A stretch of 27,787 bases of DNA from a bacterium (GCA_049970495.1 JBMFMV010000019.1:1-27787); one strand, 5' to 3'; counted from the stretch's first letter, positions 1-10,849 are shown. Notes: generated by a model from the letters alone, not told the origin. Program-made: numbers and translations.

Positions 1-74
1 ATAAAGAGTCTCTTAATGTAGTAAAAGAAAAAAGATATGGGGAATCGTTATTACTATACATAGAAGGGGTATAA
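1..74 (+). CDS. rsmD: 3' end of probable 16S rRNA m2G966 methyltransferase RsmD (partial)
   Basis: Frame from nt 3 reads KESLNVVKEKRYGESLLLYIEGV* (TAA 72-74); K.K.YG.s.l..y is the RsmD C-terminal pattern and rsmD-coaD is a conserved gene pair. Confidence 0.75.
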   Translation, partial: KESLNVVKEKRYGESLLLYIEGV

Positions 75-81
75 AAGTTTT

Positions 82-564
82 ATGAAAAGGGCTGTATATC
101 CTGGAAGTTTTGATCCAATAACAAATGGGCATATAGATATAATAAAGAGGGCATCGAAGCTCTTTGATGAGTTGATTGTTGCCGTTCTTGTTAATCCTGC
201 CAAGGCTCCCTTATTCACTGTAGAGGAGAGGATAGAATTGATAAAGAAGAGTCTAAACGATATGTCCAATGTTAGGGTGGATAATTTTGATGGGTTGTTA
301 GCACACTATGTATCAAAGATAAATGCTGATGTAATTGTTAGAGGACTTAGAGCAGTCTCAGATTTTGAGACTGAATTCCAGATGGCTCTTATGAATAAGA
401 GATTAAACCCTGATGTGGAGATAGTATTTTTGATGACGAGTTATGAATATTCTTATCTAAGTTCAGGAATAGTTAAAGAAGTAGTTAGATTAGGAGGGAA
501 CGTATCTGGTCTTGTTCCAGAGTGTGTTGAGGCTAAACTTTTAGAAAAGCTCGGACGAAGATGA
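82..564 (+). CDS. coaD: Phosphopantetheine adenylyltransferase
   Basis: AVYPGSFDPITNGHIDII, RGLRAVSDFETEFQMA, YLSSGIVKEV motifs; 160 aa. Confidence 0.98.
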   Translation: MKRAVYPGSFDPITNGHIDIIKRASKLFDELIVAVLVNPAKAPLFTVEERIELIKKSLNDMSNVRVDNFDGLLAHYVSKINADVIVRGLRAVSDFETEFQMALMNKRLNPDVEIVFLMTSYEYSYLSSGIVKEVVRLGGNVSGLVPECVEAKLLEKLGRR

Positions 565-1385
565 AGATAAAAATCTCTTTAGCACAGATCTATCCTAGGT
601 TAGGAGATATAGAGTACAATATTAGGAGGCATATCGAGATATCTAAAGAAGTTAGGAATAGAGCTCAACTTTTAATTTTCCCAGAGCTGAGTCTGACAGG
701 TTTTAACTTAATGGATTTGACACAAGATATAGCTCAAGAAAGAGATAGTAGACTCCTTAAGCCAATACTGGAAGCTTCTAAGGACATAGATATAATCCTG
801 GGACTGGTAGAGTTAGGATTGGATAAGAGTCTCTATAATTCTGCTTTCTATTATAGTAATTTATCTTTAAAGTCTATCCAACGTAAACTTTTCTTGAGTA
901 CACATATAGGAAGGCCTAAGTATTTCGAAAGTGGGAAGAAGATAGAAGTTATAAATACTAATTGGGGTAATTTGGGAATTATTATTGGGGAAGATATATT
1001 AAATCCTCTAGTAATGATACCATTTATAAGGAATAGAGTAAAGGTGCTTATAGTAATGAGCAATAGTATTTCTACTGGTTATTCTGATAGTAATCTAGGA
1101 ATTCCTAAAAGTTCTATAGTTCTAAAGGATCTTTTGTCTAACTATGCCCAACTTTATTCTATGTATATACTCTATGTGAATAGAGTGGGGTTCGAAGATG
1201 GACTGAACTTTTTTGGAGGCTCTTGTGTAATAGATCCTTATGGAGAGGTCATAGTTTCTTCTCCCTATTTTGAAGAGTCTATTGTTGACGTAGAATTAGA
1301 TCTTGAGGCATATAAAGTGGCTTCTAATCTTTTCGATTTTGACAAGGCATACGAGTTTATAAGGGGGATTCTTCATGAGGACTAG
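561..1385 (+). CDS. Nitrilase/carbon-nitrogen hydrolase fold protein, stand-alone glutaminase-like partner of NadE, catalytic Cys absent
   Basis: LAQI, IFPELSLTG, YNSA, QRK and YVNRVGFEDGLNFFGGS motifs; ICED position reads IGED; overlaps coaD (ATGA) and nadE. Confidence 0.9.
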   Translation: MKIKISLAQIYPRLGDIEYNIRRHIEISKEVRNRAQLLIFPELSLTGFNLMDLTQDIAQERDSRLLKPILEASKDIDIILGLVELGLDKSLYNSAFYYSNLSLKSIQRKLFLSTHIGRPKYFESGKKIEVINTNWGNLGIIIGEDILNPLVMIPFIRNRVKVLIVMSNSISTGYSDSNLGIPKSSIVLKDLLSNYAQLYSMYILYVNRVGFEDGLNFFGGSCVIDPYGEVIVSSPYFEESIVDVELDLEAYKVASNLFDFDKAYEFIRGILHED

Positions 1386-2196
1386 CATTCCCTTTGATCC
1401 AATCCTTACGGAGAATATACTTGTTAGATTTATAAGAGATGAGGTTACAAAGTTTGGTATAGAAAATGTTGTAGTAGGGTTATCAGGAGGTTTAGATTCT
1501 AGTGTCTCGGCTACTCTAGCGGTAAAGGCATTAGGTAAAGACAAGGTTTTTGGTTATATTTTGCCTTATAAGACTACTAGTAAAGAGAATTTGGATGATG
1601 CATATCTAATGGGTAAAATCTTAGGGATTCATCTAGAGACAATAAATATAACACAGATAGTTGATAGCTATTTTAAGACAGAAGATGTAGATAGGCTTAG
1701 AAGAGGAAATTTTATAGCTAGGATTAGAATGTGTATCCTTTTTGATAAATCTAATGAGCTTAATGCTTTAGTGTTAGGAACCAGTAATAAGACAGAATTA
1801 TTGCTTGGCTATGGCACTATATATGGGGATATGGCTTCTGCTATAAACCCCTTGGGAGATTTATATAAGACTCAGGTGAGGTCCTTAGCTAGAAAGATAG
1901 GGGTCCCTGAGAGGATTATCACCAAACCCCCTACCGCTGATCTTTGGATAGGACAGACAGATGAAGGAGAATTGGGAATAACTTACGAGGAAGTTGACGA
2001 GATACTTTTCTATTTGGTAGAAGAGAGAATTTCACCCCAACATCTAATAGAGATGGGCTATGATAGTGAAAAGGTTAATAAAATCCTTAACATGATTAAA
2101 AAGAATCAGTTTAAGCGTACCTTACCAATAATTGCCAAGTTAACAGATAGGACTATTGGTATTGATTTTAAATATCCTAGAGATTGGGGAAGATAA
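1375..2196 (+). CDS. nadE: NAD+ synthetase (synthetase subunit)
   Basis: PP-loop VVGLSGGLDS, GNFIARIRM, GTSNKTE, GYGTIYGD, PLGDLYKTQV, PPTADLW, QTDE motifs. Confidence 0.97.
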   Translation: MRTSIPFDPILTENILVRFIRDEVTKFGIENVVVGLSGGLDSSVSATLAVKALGKDKVFGYILPYKTTSKENLDDAYLMGKILGIHLETINITQIVDSYFKTEDVDRLRRGNFIARIRMCILFDKSNELNALVLGTSNKTELLLGYGTIYGDMASAINPLGDLYKTQVRSLARKIGVPERIITKPPTADLWIGQTDEGELGITYEEVDEILFYLVEERISPQHLIEMGYDSEKVNKILNMIKKNQFKRTLPIIAKLTDRTIGIDFKYPRDWGR

Positions 2197-2210
2197 AAGG
2201 AGGATGATTT

Positions 2211-3224
2211 ATGAGTGAAGCAGCAGATATAATACAGAGGATAAGAGAAAGAGCAAAAAAGGCTAATAAAAAAGTTGTGCTTCCAGAGAGTTTTGAAGAG
2301 CGAACTTTAAGAGCAGCTGAAATAGCTACTAAAGAGGGCATAGCAAAGATAGTACTTATAGGTGAAGAGTCTGCCTTAAAGGAAAGGGCTGTGGAGCTTA
2401 AGGTCAGCCTAAATGGGATAGAGATTATAAATCCTGATACATATCCTGAGAAAAGATTGTTAGCCGAGACATTAGTAGAGCTTAGAAAGACAAAGGGGAT
2501 AGATACTTTAGAAAAGGCTTATGAGATTCTTAAGAATCCCCTCTATTTTTCTACTATGCTGTTAAAGCTAGACAAGGTGGATGGGTGGGTTGCTGGAGCA
2601 GCGCATTCTAGTGCAGATGCAGAAAGACCAATATTTCAGATTATAAAAACTGCCCCTGGAATAGATGTAGCTTTTGGAGCATTTCTTATGATCGTGCCTA
2701 ACTGTCCATATGGAGAGAATGGAGTCTTTATTTATGCAGACTGTGGAGTAAATCCCAATCCAAATGCCAGTGAATTAGCCTCTATCGCTATTTCTAGTGC
2801 ACAATTATTTAAGTTATTGGTTGAGAAAGAACCAAGAGTGGCAATGCTTTCTTTCTCAACCAAGGGAAGTGCCAAACACGAATTGGTAGATAAAGTAATT
2901 GAGGCTACCAAGATAGCCAAGAGTAAAGCGCCAGATCTTATTATAGATGGTGAACTTCAAGGCGATGCAGCGTTAGTCCCTGCCGTTGGAAATTCTAAGG
3001 CGCCAGGAAGTCCAGTTGCTGGAAAGGCAAATGTCCTTATATTTCCCGATCTAAATGCAGGTAATATATGTTATAAGCTTACCGAGAGACTTGCAAAGGC
3101 TAAGGCTGTAGGTCCAATACTTCAAGGGACGGCTAAACCAGCTAATGATCTTTCTAGAGGGTGTAGTACCGATGATATAGTAGATTCTATTGCTATTGTG
3201 AGTGTGAGAGCTACCGCTTTATAG
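2211..3224 (+). CDS. pta: Phosphate acetyltransferase
   Basis: VVLPE, AMLSFSTKGS, DGELQGDAA, FPDLNAGNICYK, NDLSRGC motifs; SD AGGAGG; adjacent ackA. Confidence 0.96.
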   Translation: MSEAADIIQRIRERAKKANKKVVLPESFEERTLRAAEIATKEGIAKIVLIGEESALKERAVELKVSLNGIEIINPDTYPEKRLLAETLVELRKTKGIDTLEKAYEILKNPLYFSTMLLKLDKVDGWVAGAAHSSADAERPIFQIIKTAPGIDVAFGAFLMIVPNCPYGENGVFIYADCGVNPNPNASELASIAISSAQLFKLLVEKEPRVAMLSFSTKGSAKHELVDKVIEATKIAKSKAPDLIIDGELQGDAALVPAVGNSKAPGSPVAGKANVLIFPDLNAGNICYKLTERLAKAKAVGPILQGTAKPANDLSRGCSTDDIVDSIAIVSVRATAL

Positions 3225-3238
3225 GAGGTTAAAATATT

Positions 3239-4429
3239 ATGAAGATACTAGTTGTAAATTGTGGGAGTTCGTCTCTTAAGTATCAGCTTTTTGATATGGA
3301 GAGGGAGGAGGTCATAGCGAAGGGTATTGTAGAAAGAATAGGGACACCTCCATCCTATCTTACTTATTCAGTAAATGGAGAGAAGGTAAAGAAGGAAGTA
3401 ACTGCTAGCAATCATACGGAGGCTTTCAAAGTAGTCATAGAGACCTTATTGAATGGCAGTACTCCAGTTATAGGTTCTATAGAAGAGATAAAGGCTGTAG
3501 GACATAGAGTAGTACATGGCGGTGAAAGATTCAAAGAACCTACCATTATAAATGAGGAGGTAATAGCAGAGATAGAGAAGAATAACGAGCTTGCCCCACT
3601 TCATAACCCTGCAGGTCTAGCAGGTATAAGAGCTAGTATGGAAGTTCTTCCTAATGTCCCTCAATCTGCTATATTTGATACGTCTTTTCACTCAAATATG
3701 CCTAAATATGCCTATTTATATGCTATACCAATGAGATTATATAGGGATTATAGGATTAGAAGGTACGGTTTCCATGGGACAAGCCACTATTATGTTTCTT
3801 ATAGAGTTGCTCAGCTAGTTGGAAGGCCTGTAGAGGAATTAAAGATTATTACTTGCCATCTTGGTAACGGCTGTAGTATAAGTGCAGTTAAGGGTGGTAG
3901 ATCTATAGATACTAGTATGGGCTTTACTCCTTTGGAAGGGCTTATTATGGGAACTAGGAGTGGGGACTTAGATCCCGCTATCCCTCTTTATCTTATGAGA
4001 AATCTTAACTATACTGCAGAGGAGGTTGATGATATCCTTAATAAGGAGAGTGGTCTCCTAGGCATATCTGAATTTAGTAATGATATGAGAGATATTATGA
4101 AGGCTGCCGAAGAAGGAAATCAGAATGCTAAATTGGCAATGGAGATGTTCTGCTATAGGATAAAGAAGTATATCGGAGCATATACCGCTATTATGAATGG
4201 CTTAGATGTACTGGTATTTACTGCCGGGATAGGAGAAAATGAACCAGAGATAAGGCTCATGATATGTGATAATATGGAATATCTTGGTATTAAGATAGAT
4301 CCACAGAAAAATAACTTTAAGGGGCAAGAAAGAGAGATTAGTACCTCAGATTCTAAGGTAAAGGTGTGGGTTGTACCTACGAATGAAGAATTGGTTATCG
4401 CAAGAGAGACAGCGCGTCTAGTTAGCTGA
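3239..4429 (+). CDS. ackA: Acetate kinase
   Basis: VVNCGSSSLKY, GHRVVHGG, APLHNP, YGFHGTSH, HLGNG, DTSMGFTPLEG, FTAGIGEN, PTNEE. Confidence 0.98.
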   Translation: MKILVVNCGSSSLKYQLFDMEREEVIAKGIVERIGTPPSYLTYSVNGEKVKKEVTASNHTEAFKVVIETLLNGSTPVIGSIEEIKAVGHRVVHGGERFKEPTIINEEVIAEIEKNNELAPLHNPAGLAGIRASMEVLPNVPQSAIFDTSFHSNMPKYAYLYAIPMRLYRDYRIRRYGFHGTSHYYVSYRVAQLVGRPVEELKIITCHLGNGCSISAVKGGRSIDTSMGFTPLEGLIMGTRSGDLDPAIPLYLMRNLNYTAEEVDDILNKESGLLGISEFSNDMRDIMKAAEEGNQNAKLAMEMFCYRIKKYIGAYTAIMNGLDVLVFTAGIGENEPEIRLMICDNMEYLGIKIDPQKNNFKGQEREISTSDSKVKVWVVPTNEELVIARETARLVS

Positions 4430-4908
4430 TGAATATAGATGTAAAAGAACTGTTAGAGGGAAAGATTGAAAGTACATCTTTCCACTATATAGAGACTCAA
4501 GAGGCAATGGAAGACCTTGTCTTTGATACCTTACCTGAAGTAGAGGGTAGACTTAGAAGGATAGAAAGGCGGAAACTACTACTTACTTGTAAGGTTAAGA
4601 CTAAAGTTTTGCTTGAATGTAGTAGATGTCTTGATATCTATCCGCAGGAGTTAGAATTTTCGTATGAAGAAGTCTATACAGAAGAGCCCTTTAGAATAAT
4701 AGGGAAATTGACAGAAGAGGATTTTAAGTATACAATAGAAAACAATATGGTTGATATTTCTAGCAGTGTGCGGGAGAATATAATAGTGAATCTCCCTATT
4801 AAACCTTTATGTAGTAAGGATTGTAAAGGGCTTTGCCCTGTATGTGGGAAAAATCTTAATAGAGAGAAATGCAGTTGTAGTTTAGAGGGCATAACTATTG
4901 AATACTAG
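4429..4908 (+). CDS. yceD: DUF177/YceD family protein (23S rRNA accumulation)
   Basis: ECSRCL and LCSKDCKGLCPVCGKNLN...CSC motifs; immediately upstream of rpmF. Confidence 0.92.
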   Translation: MNIDVKELLEGKIESTSFHYIETQEAMEDLVFDTLPEVEGRLRRIERRKLLLTCKVKTKVLLECSRCLDIYPQELEFSYEEVYTEEPFRIIGKLTEEDFKYTIENNMVDISSSVRENIIVNLPIKPLCSKDCKGLCPVCGKNLNREKCSCSLEGITIEY

Positions 4909-4929
4909 AAATGGAGGGATAGATAAGGT

Positions 4930-5115
4930 ATGGCTAATCCAAAGAAGAAGATGTCTAGATGTAGAACGCATAGGAGGAGGTCTTTATGGAAATTAAATCC
5001 TCCTACCTTAATACGTTGTCCACAGTGCCATAGTTGGACCTTACCTCACAGGGTATGTCCTTCCTGTGGATACTACGATGGTGAAGAGATTATAACTGTT
5101 AAAGAAGAGAAATGA
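4930..5115 (+). CDS. rpmF: 50S ribosomal protein L32 (Zn-ribbon, C+ type)
   Basis: MANPKKKMSR..RRR, CPQC..PHRVCPSCGYY. Confidence 0.97.
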   Translation: MANPKKKMSRCRTHRRRSLWKLNPPTLIRCPQCHSWTLPHRVCPSCGYYDGEEIITVKEEK

Positions 5116-6095
5116 AGATAGCTTTAGATGCAATGGGTGGGGATTTTGCCCCACAGGTACTAGTAGAAGGAGCATACATAGCTAAAGATAGCCTAGATGT
5201 AGAATTGATTCTGATAGGGGATGAAAAAAGGATACGTGAGGTTATAGGTAATAGAGCAGTCCCTTTTGAGATAATTCATACAGATGAAGTAATAGAGATG
5301 GATGAGCATCCTACTCAAGCGATAAAGACTAAACGAAAGTCCTCTTTAGTAATAGCTGTAGAAATGCTTAAAACAGGTAAAGTAGATGCTGTAGTATCTG
5401 CTGGAAATACTGGGGCTTTCGTGGCTTGTGCATCTTTGATTCTAGGGACAATTTCTGGTATAGAAAGACCGTCAATAGGGGTAACTATTCCAACATCAAA
5501 GACACCAGTATTTGTTATAGATACTGGTGCTAATGTAGATTGTAAACCAAATTATCTATACCAATTTGCTATCATGGGGGTCAGTTATTCTCATAATATA
5601 TTAGGTATCGAGAATCCTAGGGTAGGATTATTAAATATTGGAGCAGAAGAAACTAAGGGTAATGCACTTACAAAGTCTGCTTATACTATTCTAAAAAACT
5701 TAAGGAATTTTGTAGGTAATGTCGAGGGAAATGATCTCTTTGAAGACAAAGCAGATGTAATTGTCTGTGATGGTTTTGTAGGTAACGTATTACTGAAGTT
5801 CGCCGAAGGTTTTGCATATACATTTGGTAAGATAATAAGAGATTCGATAGTAGATTCTTCTATCCCTCGTTCTGCTAGATTTTTTGTTGATAGTGCTATA
5901 AATAATGCTCTTTCCATATATGACTTCTCAGAGTATGGAGGTACTCCTCTCCTTGGAGTTAGAGGGATTTGTATAGTTGCTCATGGAAGGTCTAATGCTA
6001 AGGCGATATTTAACTCTATAAGAGTGGCTAAAAAGTCCGTAGAATCTAATCTGCTTAAGGAGATAGAAAAAGGAGTAATTTCTTATGTCAGTTAG
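5112..6095 (+). CDS. plsX: Phosphate acyltransferase PlsX
   Basis: IALDAMGGDFAP, VSAGNTGA, GANVDC, LLNIGAEETKG, VCDGFVGNV, AHGRS. Confidence 0.97.
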   Translation: MKIALDAMGGDFAPQVLVEGAYIAKDSLDVELILIGDEKRIREVIGNRAVPFEIIHTDEVIEMDEHPTQAIKTKRKSSLVIAVEMLKTGKVDAVVSAGNTGAFVACASLILGTISGIERPSIGVTIPTSKTPVFVIDTGANVDCKPNYLYQFAIMGVSYSHNILGIENPRVGLLNIGAEETKGNALTKSAYTILKNLRNFVGNVEGNDLFEDKADVIVCDGFVGNVLLKFAEGFAYTFGKIIRDSIVDSSIPRSARFFVDSAINNALSIYDFSEYGGTPLLGVRGICIVAHGRSNAKAIFNSIRVAKKSVESNLLKEIEKGVISYVS

Positions 6096-7065
6096 AAAGG
6101 TTGGTATTAAAGGGATTGGTTCTTATACCCCACCAAAGGTGTTGACTAATTCTGAGCTAGAAAAGATTGTTGATACATCCGATGAGTGGATTTTTACTCG
6201 TACTGGTATTAGAGAAAGGCGTATAGCAGAGTCAGATGTTGCTACTTCAGACCTTTCTTTTGAAGCAGCTAAAATAGCCTTAGACTCCGCTACTCTAACA
6301 CCTAAAGATATTGACCTTATCATTGTGGCCACTGTAACTCCAGATATGCTGTTCCCTGCTACCGCTTGTATACTCCAAGATAAACTAGGGGCAAGATGTC
6401 CTGGCTTTGATCTTTCTGCTGGATGTTCAGGTCTCATATATGCTTTGAGTGTTGGAACACAATTTGTAGCAAATGGAACTTACAATAATGTTCTTGTGGT
6501 TGGTGCTGAAGTTCTATCTAAGATTACAGATTGGCAAGATCGTTCTACCTGTGTCCTTTTTGGGGATGGGGCAAGTGCAGTAGTGTTAGGTCCAGTAGAA
6601 AGAGGAGGGTTTAAATCTTTTGTCCTTGGAGCAGATGGTAGCGGAGGAAATCTTCTAGAATTACCGGCTGGTGGTTCTAGGTTACCAGCTTCTTATGAGA
6701 CTGTCTCTCAGAGACTCCATTATATAAAGATGAATGGAAGAGAAGTCTTTAAATTTGCAGTAAGGATTATGGGGGAGGCTGCCTTAGAAGCTATAGAGAA
6801 GGCAGGTTTGAATCCTTCAGATATAGATTTATTTATTCCCCACCAAGCAAACATAAGGATTATTGAATCAGCTGCAGAGAGGTTAAACCTATCTATGGAT
6901 AAAGTCTTTGTCAATCTAGATAAATATGGTAATACCTCTTCTGCTTCCGTTGGGATAGCTCTTCATGAAGCGCTTCTCTCTGGCAAGATCCAAGAAGGTA
7001 GTAAAATTGTTATGGTTGGTTTTGGTGCAGGTCTTACTTGGGGGGCATGTGTTTTGGAATGGTGA
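6085..7065 (+). CDS. fabH: 3-oxoacyl-ACP synthase III
   Basis: DTSDEWI..RTGI, FDLSAGCSG (catalytic Cys), LFGDGA, PHQAN, YGNTSSAS, FGAGLTWG. Confidence 0.98.
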   Translation: MSVRKVGIKGIGSYTPPKVLTNSELEKIVDTSDEWIFTRTGIRERRIAESDVATSDLSFEAAKIALDSATLTPKDIDLIIVATVTPDMLFPATACILQDKLGARCPGFDLSAGCSGLIYALSVGTQFVANGTYNNVLVVGAEVLSKITDWQDRSTCVLFGDGASAVVLGPVERGGFKSFVLGADGSGGNLLELPAGGSRLPASYETVSQRLHYIKMNGREVFKFAVRIMGEAALEAIEKAGLNPSDIDLFIPHQANIRIIESAAERLNLSMDKVFVNLDKYGNTSSASVGIALHEALLSGKIQEGSKIVMVGFGAGLTWGACVLEW

Positions 7066-7964
7066 AACGGGCTTTTGTATTTCCTGGACAGGGTATCCAG
7101 TTAAAGGGGGATGAAATTCAATATATACTTAGTTTACCTGTTTCTAGTAGTTTTATCAGAGAGAGTTCTGAGTTATTAAATCTAGATATAAAAGAGCTTT
7201 TACTAGGAGGGGTTTCTCCAAAGGATACAGAGGTCAGCCAGATAGTTACCTATGTTCTCTCCCTTTCACTCTTTTATGCATTAGATTCCAAGGGTTTTAA
7301 AGCTAACTTTGTTGCGGGACATAGTCTGGGGGAATACTCAGCGCTGACTGCTGGTGAGGCTATTTCTATTGAAGATGGCTTAAGGATTGTAAGACAGAGG
7401 GGAAAGATAATGGCTGATGCATGTCAAGAGATTAAAGGAGGAATGATTGCTGTAATTGGCTTAAATAAAGATGAAGTATTAGAAGCTATAAGGGATATAC
7501 CTGACGTGGAAGCGGTGAACTTTAATAGTCCAAAGCAGACTGTGATATCTGGGAAAGAGTCTGCACTAACCATAGCAGAAGGTGTACTTAAGGAGAGAGG
7601 AGCTAAACGTATTATTCGTCTAGAAGTGGCTGGACCGTTTCATTCTTCCTTTTTAAAAGAATATAGTGAGAGGTTTTACAAAGAATGTATAATAGATATT
7701 AAAATAAATAAACCTAAAATTGGCTTTATATCTTCTGTGAATGGAAGACTTATCGAAGATGAGAGAGAGATAAAAGAATGCTTAAGGATTCAGATGTATA
7801 GCCCTGTAAGATGGGTTGATGTTGTTAAAACCTTGGAAGAATTGGGGAATATAGAAGTTATAGAAGTAGGCGCCAGTAATGTTCTTACAGGTCTTATAAA
7901 ACAAACTAGTTCTAAATTAAATATACTAGGTAATGCCTTAGAGGTATTGGAGAAAAACTTATGA
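7059..7964 (+). CDS. fabD: Malonyl-CoA:ACP transacylase
   Basis: AFVFPGQG, GHSLGEY, GPFHS, SPVRW. Start moved from the track's TTG 7038 to ATG 7059 (or GTG 7062), overlapping the fabH stop. Confidence 0.94.
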   Translation: MVKRAFVFPGQGIQLKGDEIQYILSLPVSSSFIRESSELLNLDIKELLLGGVSPKDTEVSQIVTYVLSLSLFYALDSKGFKANFVAGHSLGEYSALTAGEAISIEDGLRIVRQRGKIMADACQEIKGGMIAVIGLNKDEVLEAIRDIPDVEAVNFNSPKQTVISGKESALTIAEGVLKERGAKRIIRLEVAGPFHSSFLKEYSERFYKECIIDIKINKPKIGFISSVNGRLIEDEREIKECLRIQMYSPVRWVDVVKTLEELGNIEVIEVGASNVLTGLIKQTSSKLNILGNALEVLEKNL

Positions 7965-8701
7965 ATGAAAAACAGGTTGCTTTAGTAACGGGTGGATCCA
8001 GAGGGATAGGGAGAGCTATAAGTTTAGAATTGGCTGTTAGTGGAAGAAGGGTTGCTATAGTCTATAAGAGTAATAAAGATAAAGCATTAGAAACATTAAG
8101 AGAGATTAAGAATCTTGGAGGAGAAGGAGATATCTTTCAGGCAGATGTGACTAAATGGAATGAGGTAGAAGAAGTTGTTAAGGGGGTCTTGACTAAATGG
8201 GGAAGAATAGATATTCTTATTAATAATGCAGGTATAACTAGAGATGCACTCCTTTTTAAAATGACTGAGCAAGATTGGGATGAGGTATTAGATACAGACC
8301 TTAAGGGGGCTTTTATATGCACTAGAGTTATAGCTAGACAAATGGTCAAGAATAGAGAGGGTAGGATAGTAAATATTACCTCAGTTATAGGTGAGATAGG
8401 TAATATAGGACAGAGTAATTACTCTGCTGCAAAGGCAGGTCTTATAGGCTTTACTAAAGCTTGCGCTAAAGAACTTAGCAGATGGAATATAACGGTAAAT
8501 GCGGTAGCTCCTGGATATATAGAAACAGAAATGACAACAGGACTTGATGAGAGTATCAAGCAGGATTATCTAAATAAGATTCCGCTTGGGAGATTCGGTA
8601 AGGCAGAAGAGGTGGCTAAATTAGTACTGTTTTTGGTAAGTAAAGATGCCAGTTATATCACTGGACAAGTAATAAATATTGATGGCGGATTAGTAATGTA
8701 G
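7961..8701 (+). CDS. fabG: 3-oxoacyl-ACP reductase
   Basis: SDR motifs TGGSRGIG, NNAGITRD, NYSAAKAG, VNAVAPG, IDGG; fab context. Confidence 0.97.
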   Translation: MNEKQVALVTGGSRGIGRAISLELAVSGRRVAIVYKSNKDKALETLREIKNLGGEGDIFQADVTKWNEVEEVVKGVLTKWGRIDILINNAGITRDALLFKMTEQDWDEVLDTDLKGAFICTRVIARQMVKNREGRIVNITSVIGEIGNIGQSNYSAAKAGLIGFTKACAKELSRWNITVNAVAPGYIETEMTTGLDESIKQDYLNKIPLGRFGKAEEVAKLVLFLVSKDASYITGQVINIDGGLVM

Positions 8702-8713
8702 GAGGTGCTTATT

Positions 8714-8950
8714 GTGGCAGTTTTTGATAAGGTAAAGAAGATTATTGCAGAACAGTTGGGGATTGATGAGGATGATATTACTCCTGATGCATCGTTTACT
8801 GATGACCTAGGAGCAGATTCTTTAGATCTAGTAGAGTTGGTAATGGCTTTTGAAGATGGTTTTGATATCGAAATACCAGACGAAGATGCAGAAAAGATAA
8901 AGACAGTAGCTGATGCAGTAAATTATATTCAGTCTAAAATTGGAGAATGA
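8714..8950 (+). CDS. acpP: Acyl carrier protein
   Basis: [17 protein letters not shown] phosphopantetheine site; likely start GTG 8714 after SD AGGAGG at about 8700-8705. Confidence 0.97.
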   Translation: MAVFDKVKKIIAEQLGIDEDDITPDASFTDDLGADSLDLVELVMAFEDGFDIEIPDEDAEKIKTVADAVNYIQSKIGE

Positions 8951-10191
8951 AGAAGCGTATTGTTATTACAGGTATAGGCTTAGTTACTCCTTATGGAGTA
9001 GGTAAAAATGTTTTTTGGGAGGGGTTAACCTCTGGAAGGAGTGCTATTGGATATCTCTCTAATATAGATACCACTGACCTTCCTGTTAAAATAGGTGGAG
9101 AAGTAAAGGATTTTGAACCTGAGAAATATTTAGGAAAGAAAGAAGCTCGTAAGATGGATCGTTTTACTCAGTTTGCAGTAGTCGCTGGGATGGAAGCAAT
9201 AGATGATGCTAGAATTGATCTGGAAAAGATTGATAAGGAACGGGTGGGAGTCATTATAGGTTCTGGAATAGGGGGTATCCATATATTAGAGCAACAGCAT
9301 TCTTTACTTTTAGAGAAAGGACCAGGCAGAATAAGTCCTTTCTTTATCCCTATGCTTATATCTAACATGGCTAGTGCTTACATCTCTATTATGTTTGGAT
9401 TTAAAGGAATTACGTTTTCTGTCAATACTGCCTGTGCTACAGGGGCTACTGCTATTGGAGAAGCAGTAAAGGCTATACAGATGGGTGAATGTGATATAGT
9501 TATAACTGGAGGTACAGATGCGGCTATTACCCCCCTCTCAGTAGCTGGATTTGCTAATATGAAGGCTTTGTCAACTAGGAACGACGCACCAGAGAAGGCT
9601 AGTAGGCCATTTGATGCCGAAAGAGATGGATTTGTGATTTCTGAAGGGGCTGGTATCTTAGTATTAGAGACTCTAGAGAGTGCTAAATCTAGGGGAGCCA
9701 GTATATATGCGGAAGTGGCAGGTGTTGGAAGTACATCGGATGCTTACCATTTAACTGCCCCTGAACCTGAAGGTAGATTGCAGGCTAGAGCGATGGAGCT
9801 TGCCCTGATATACGGAGATATAAAGAAAGAAGAAGTTGATTACATAAATGCTCATGGTACTTCTACCCCACTAAATGATACTGTTGAGACAAAAGCCATA
9901 AAGACACTTTTCGGTGATCTATCTTATAAAATCCCTATAAGTTCAAACAAGTCAATGATTGGACATACCTTAGGGGCAGCTGGTAGCATAGAACTTATAG
10001 CTACTGCTTTAACTATTAAGGAAGGTGTTATTCCTCCTACCATCAACTATGAATATCCCGACCCTGAATGTGATTTAGATTATGTCCCAAATGTAAAACG
10101 AGAAAAAGAAGTTAAGGTAGCCTTAAGTAATTCTTTTGGTTTTGGAGGACATAACGTTTCTATTGCACTTAAGAAGTACTATGAAACCTAG
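8947..10191 (+). CDS. fabF: 3-oxoacyl-ACP synthase II
   Basis: TACATG (catalytic Cys), [36 protein letters not shown]. Confidence 0.97.
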   Translation: MKKRIVITGIGLVTPYGVGKNVFWEGLTSGRSAIGYLSNIDTTDLPVKIGGEVKDFEPEKYLGKKEARKMDRFTQFAVVAGMEAIDDARIDLEKIDKERVGVIIGSGIGGIHILEQQHSLLLEKGPGRISPFFIPMLISNMASAYISIMFGFKGITFSVNTACATGATAIGEAVKAIQMGECDIVITGGTDAAITPLSVAGFANMKALSTRNDAPEKASRPFDAERDGFVISEGAGILVLETLESAKSRGASIYAEVAGVGSTSDAYHLTAPEPEGRLQARAMELALIYGDIKKEEVDYINAHGTSTPLNDTVETKAIKTLFGDLSYKIPISSNKSMIGHTLGAAGSIELIATALTIKEGVIPPTINYEYPDPECDLDYVPNVKREKEVKVALSNSFGFGGHNVSIALKKYYET

Positions 10192-10849
10192 ATATCTTGA
10201 GATACTAGAAGAGCTAAATATAAACTTGCCTAATAATCTATTGGAGTTAGCTTTTACACACCGTTCCTTTGATGAAACTAATAATAATGAACGACTGGAA
10301 TTTCTCGGAGATGCTGTGGTTGGACTAGTCGTAGCAGAGAATCTATACAAGATTGAACCACCGCTATCAGAGGGGGAGATGAGTAAATATAAGGCTAAGC
10401 TTGTAAGTAGAAGATATTTAGCCGATATCGCATTAAAACTTGATATTAAGGAGCAAATGAGAGTAGGAGGAGGGGAGGACCTAGATAGAGGAAGGGAAAG
10501 GTATACTATTTTAGGTAATGCCCTAGAAGCCCTGGTTGGTGCTATCTTTATAGGAGAAGGATTTGATAAGGCTCGTATGTTTTTAGAGAGGATTTTTAAT
10601 ATTGGGACCTCAATAGAAGAGGATTATAAGACTAAACTCCAGGAGAATGTTCAAGCTCTCTTTAAGGAGATACCCGTTTATAGGGTGATAGGAGAAGAAG
10701 GTCCTATGCATGCACGAAAGTTTATAGCAGAGGTCATAGTTAAAGGAAGATCTCTAGGTATAGGTACTGGTTTTAGTAAGAAAGAAGCGGAGCAATACGC
10801 TGCTAGAGAAGCTTTAAGTAAACTACACAATTTTGAAAAGGAGGGATAG
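10181..10849 (+). CDS. rnc: Ribonuclease III
   Basis: [17 protein letters not shown] signature, EALVGAI, ds[11 protein letters not shown]...SKKEAEQ; start taken as ATG 10181 overlapping the fabF end. Confidence 0.96.
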   Translation: MKPRYLEILEELNINLPNNLLELAFTHRSFDETNNNERLEFLGDAVVGLVVAENLYKIEPPLSEGEMSKYKAKLVSRRYLADIALKLDIKEQMRVGGGEDLDRGRERYTILGNALEALVGAIFIGEGFDKARMFLERIFNIGTSIEEDYKTKLQENVQALFKEIPVYRVIGEEGPMHARKFIAEVIVKGRSLGIGTGFSKKEAEQYAAREALSKLHNFEKEG

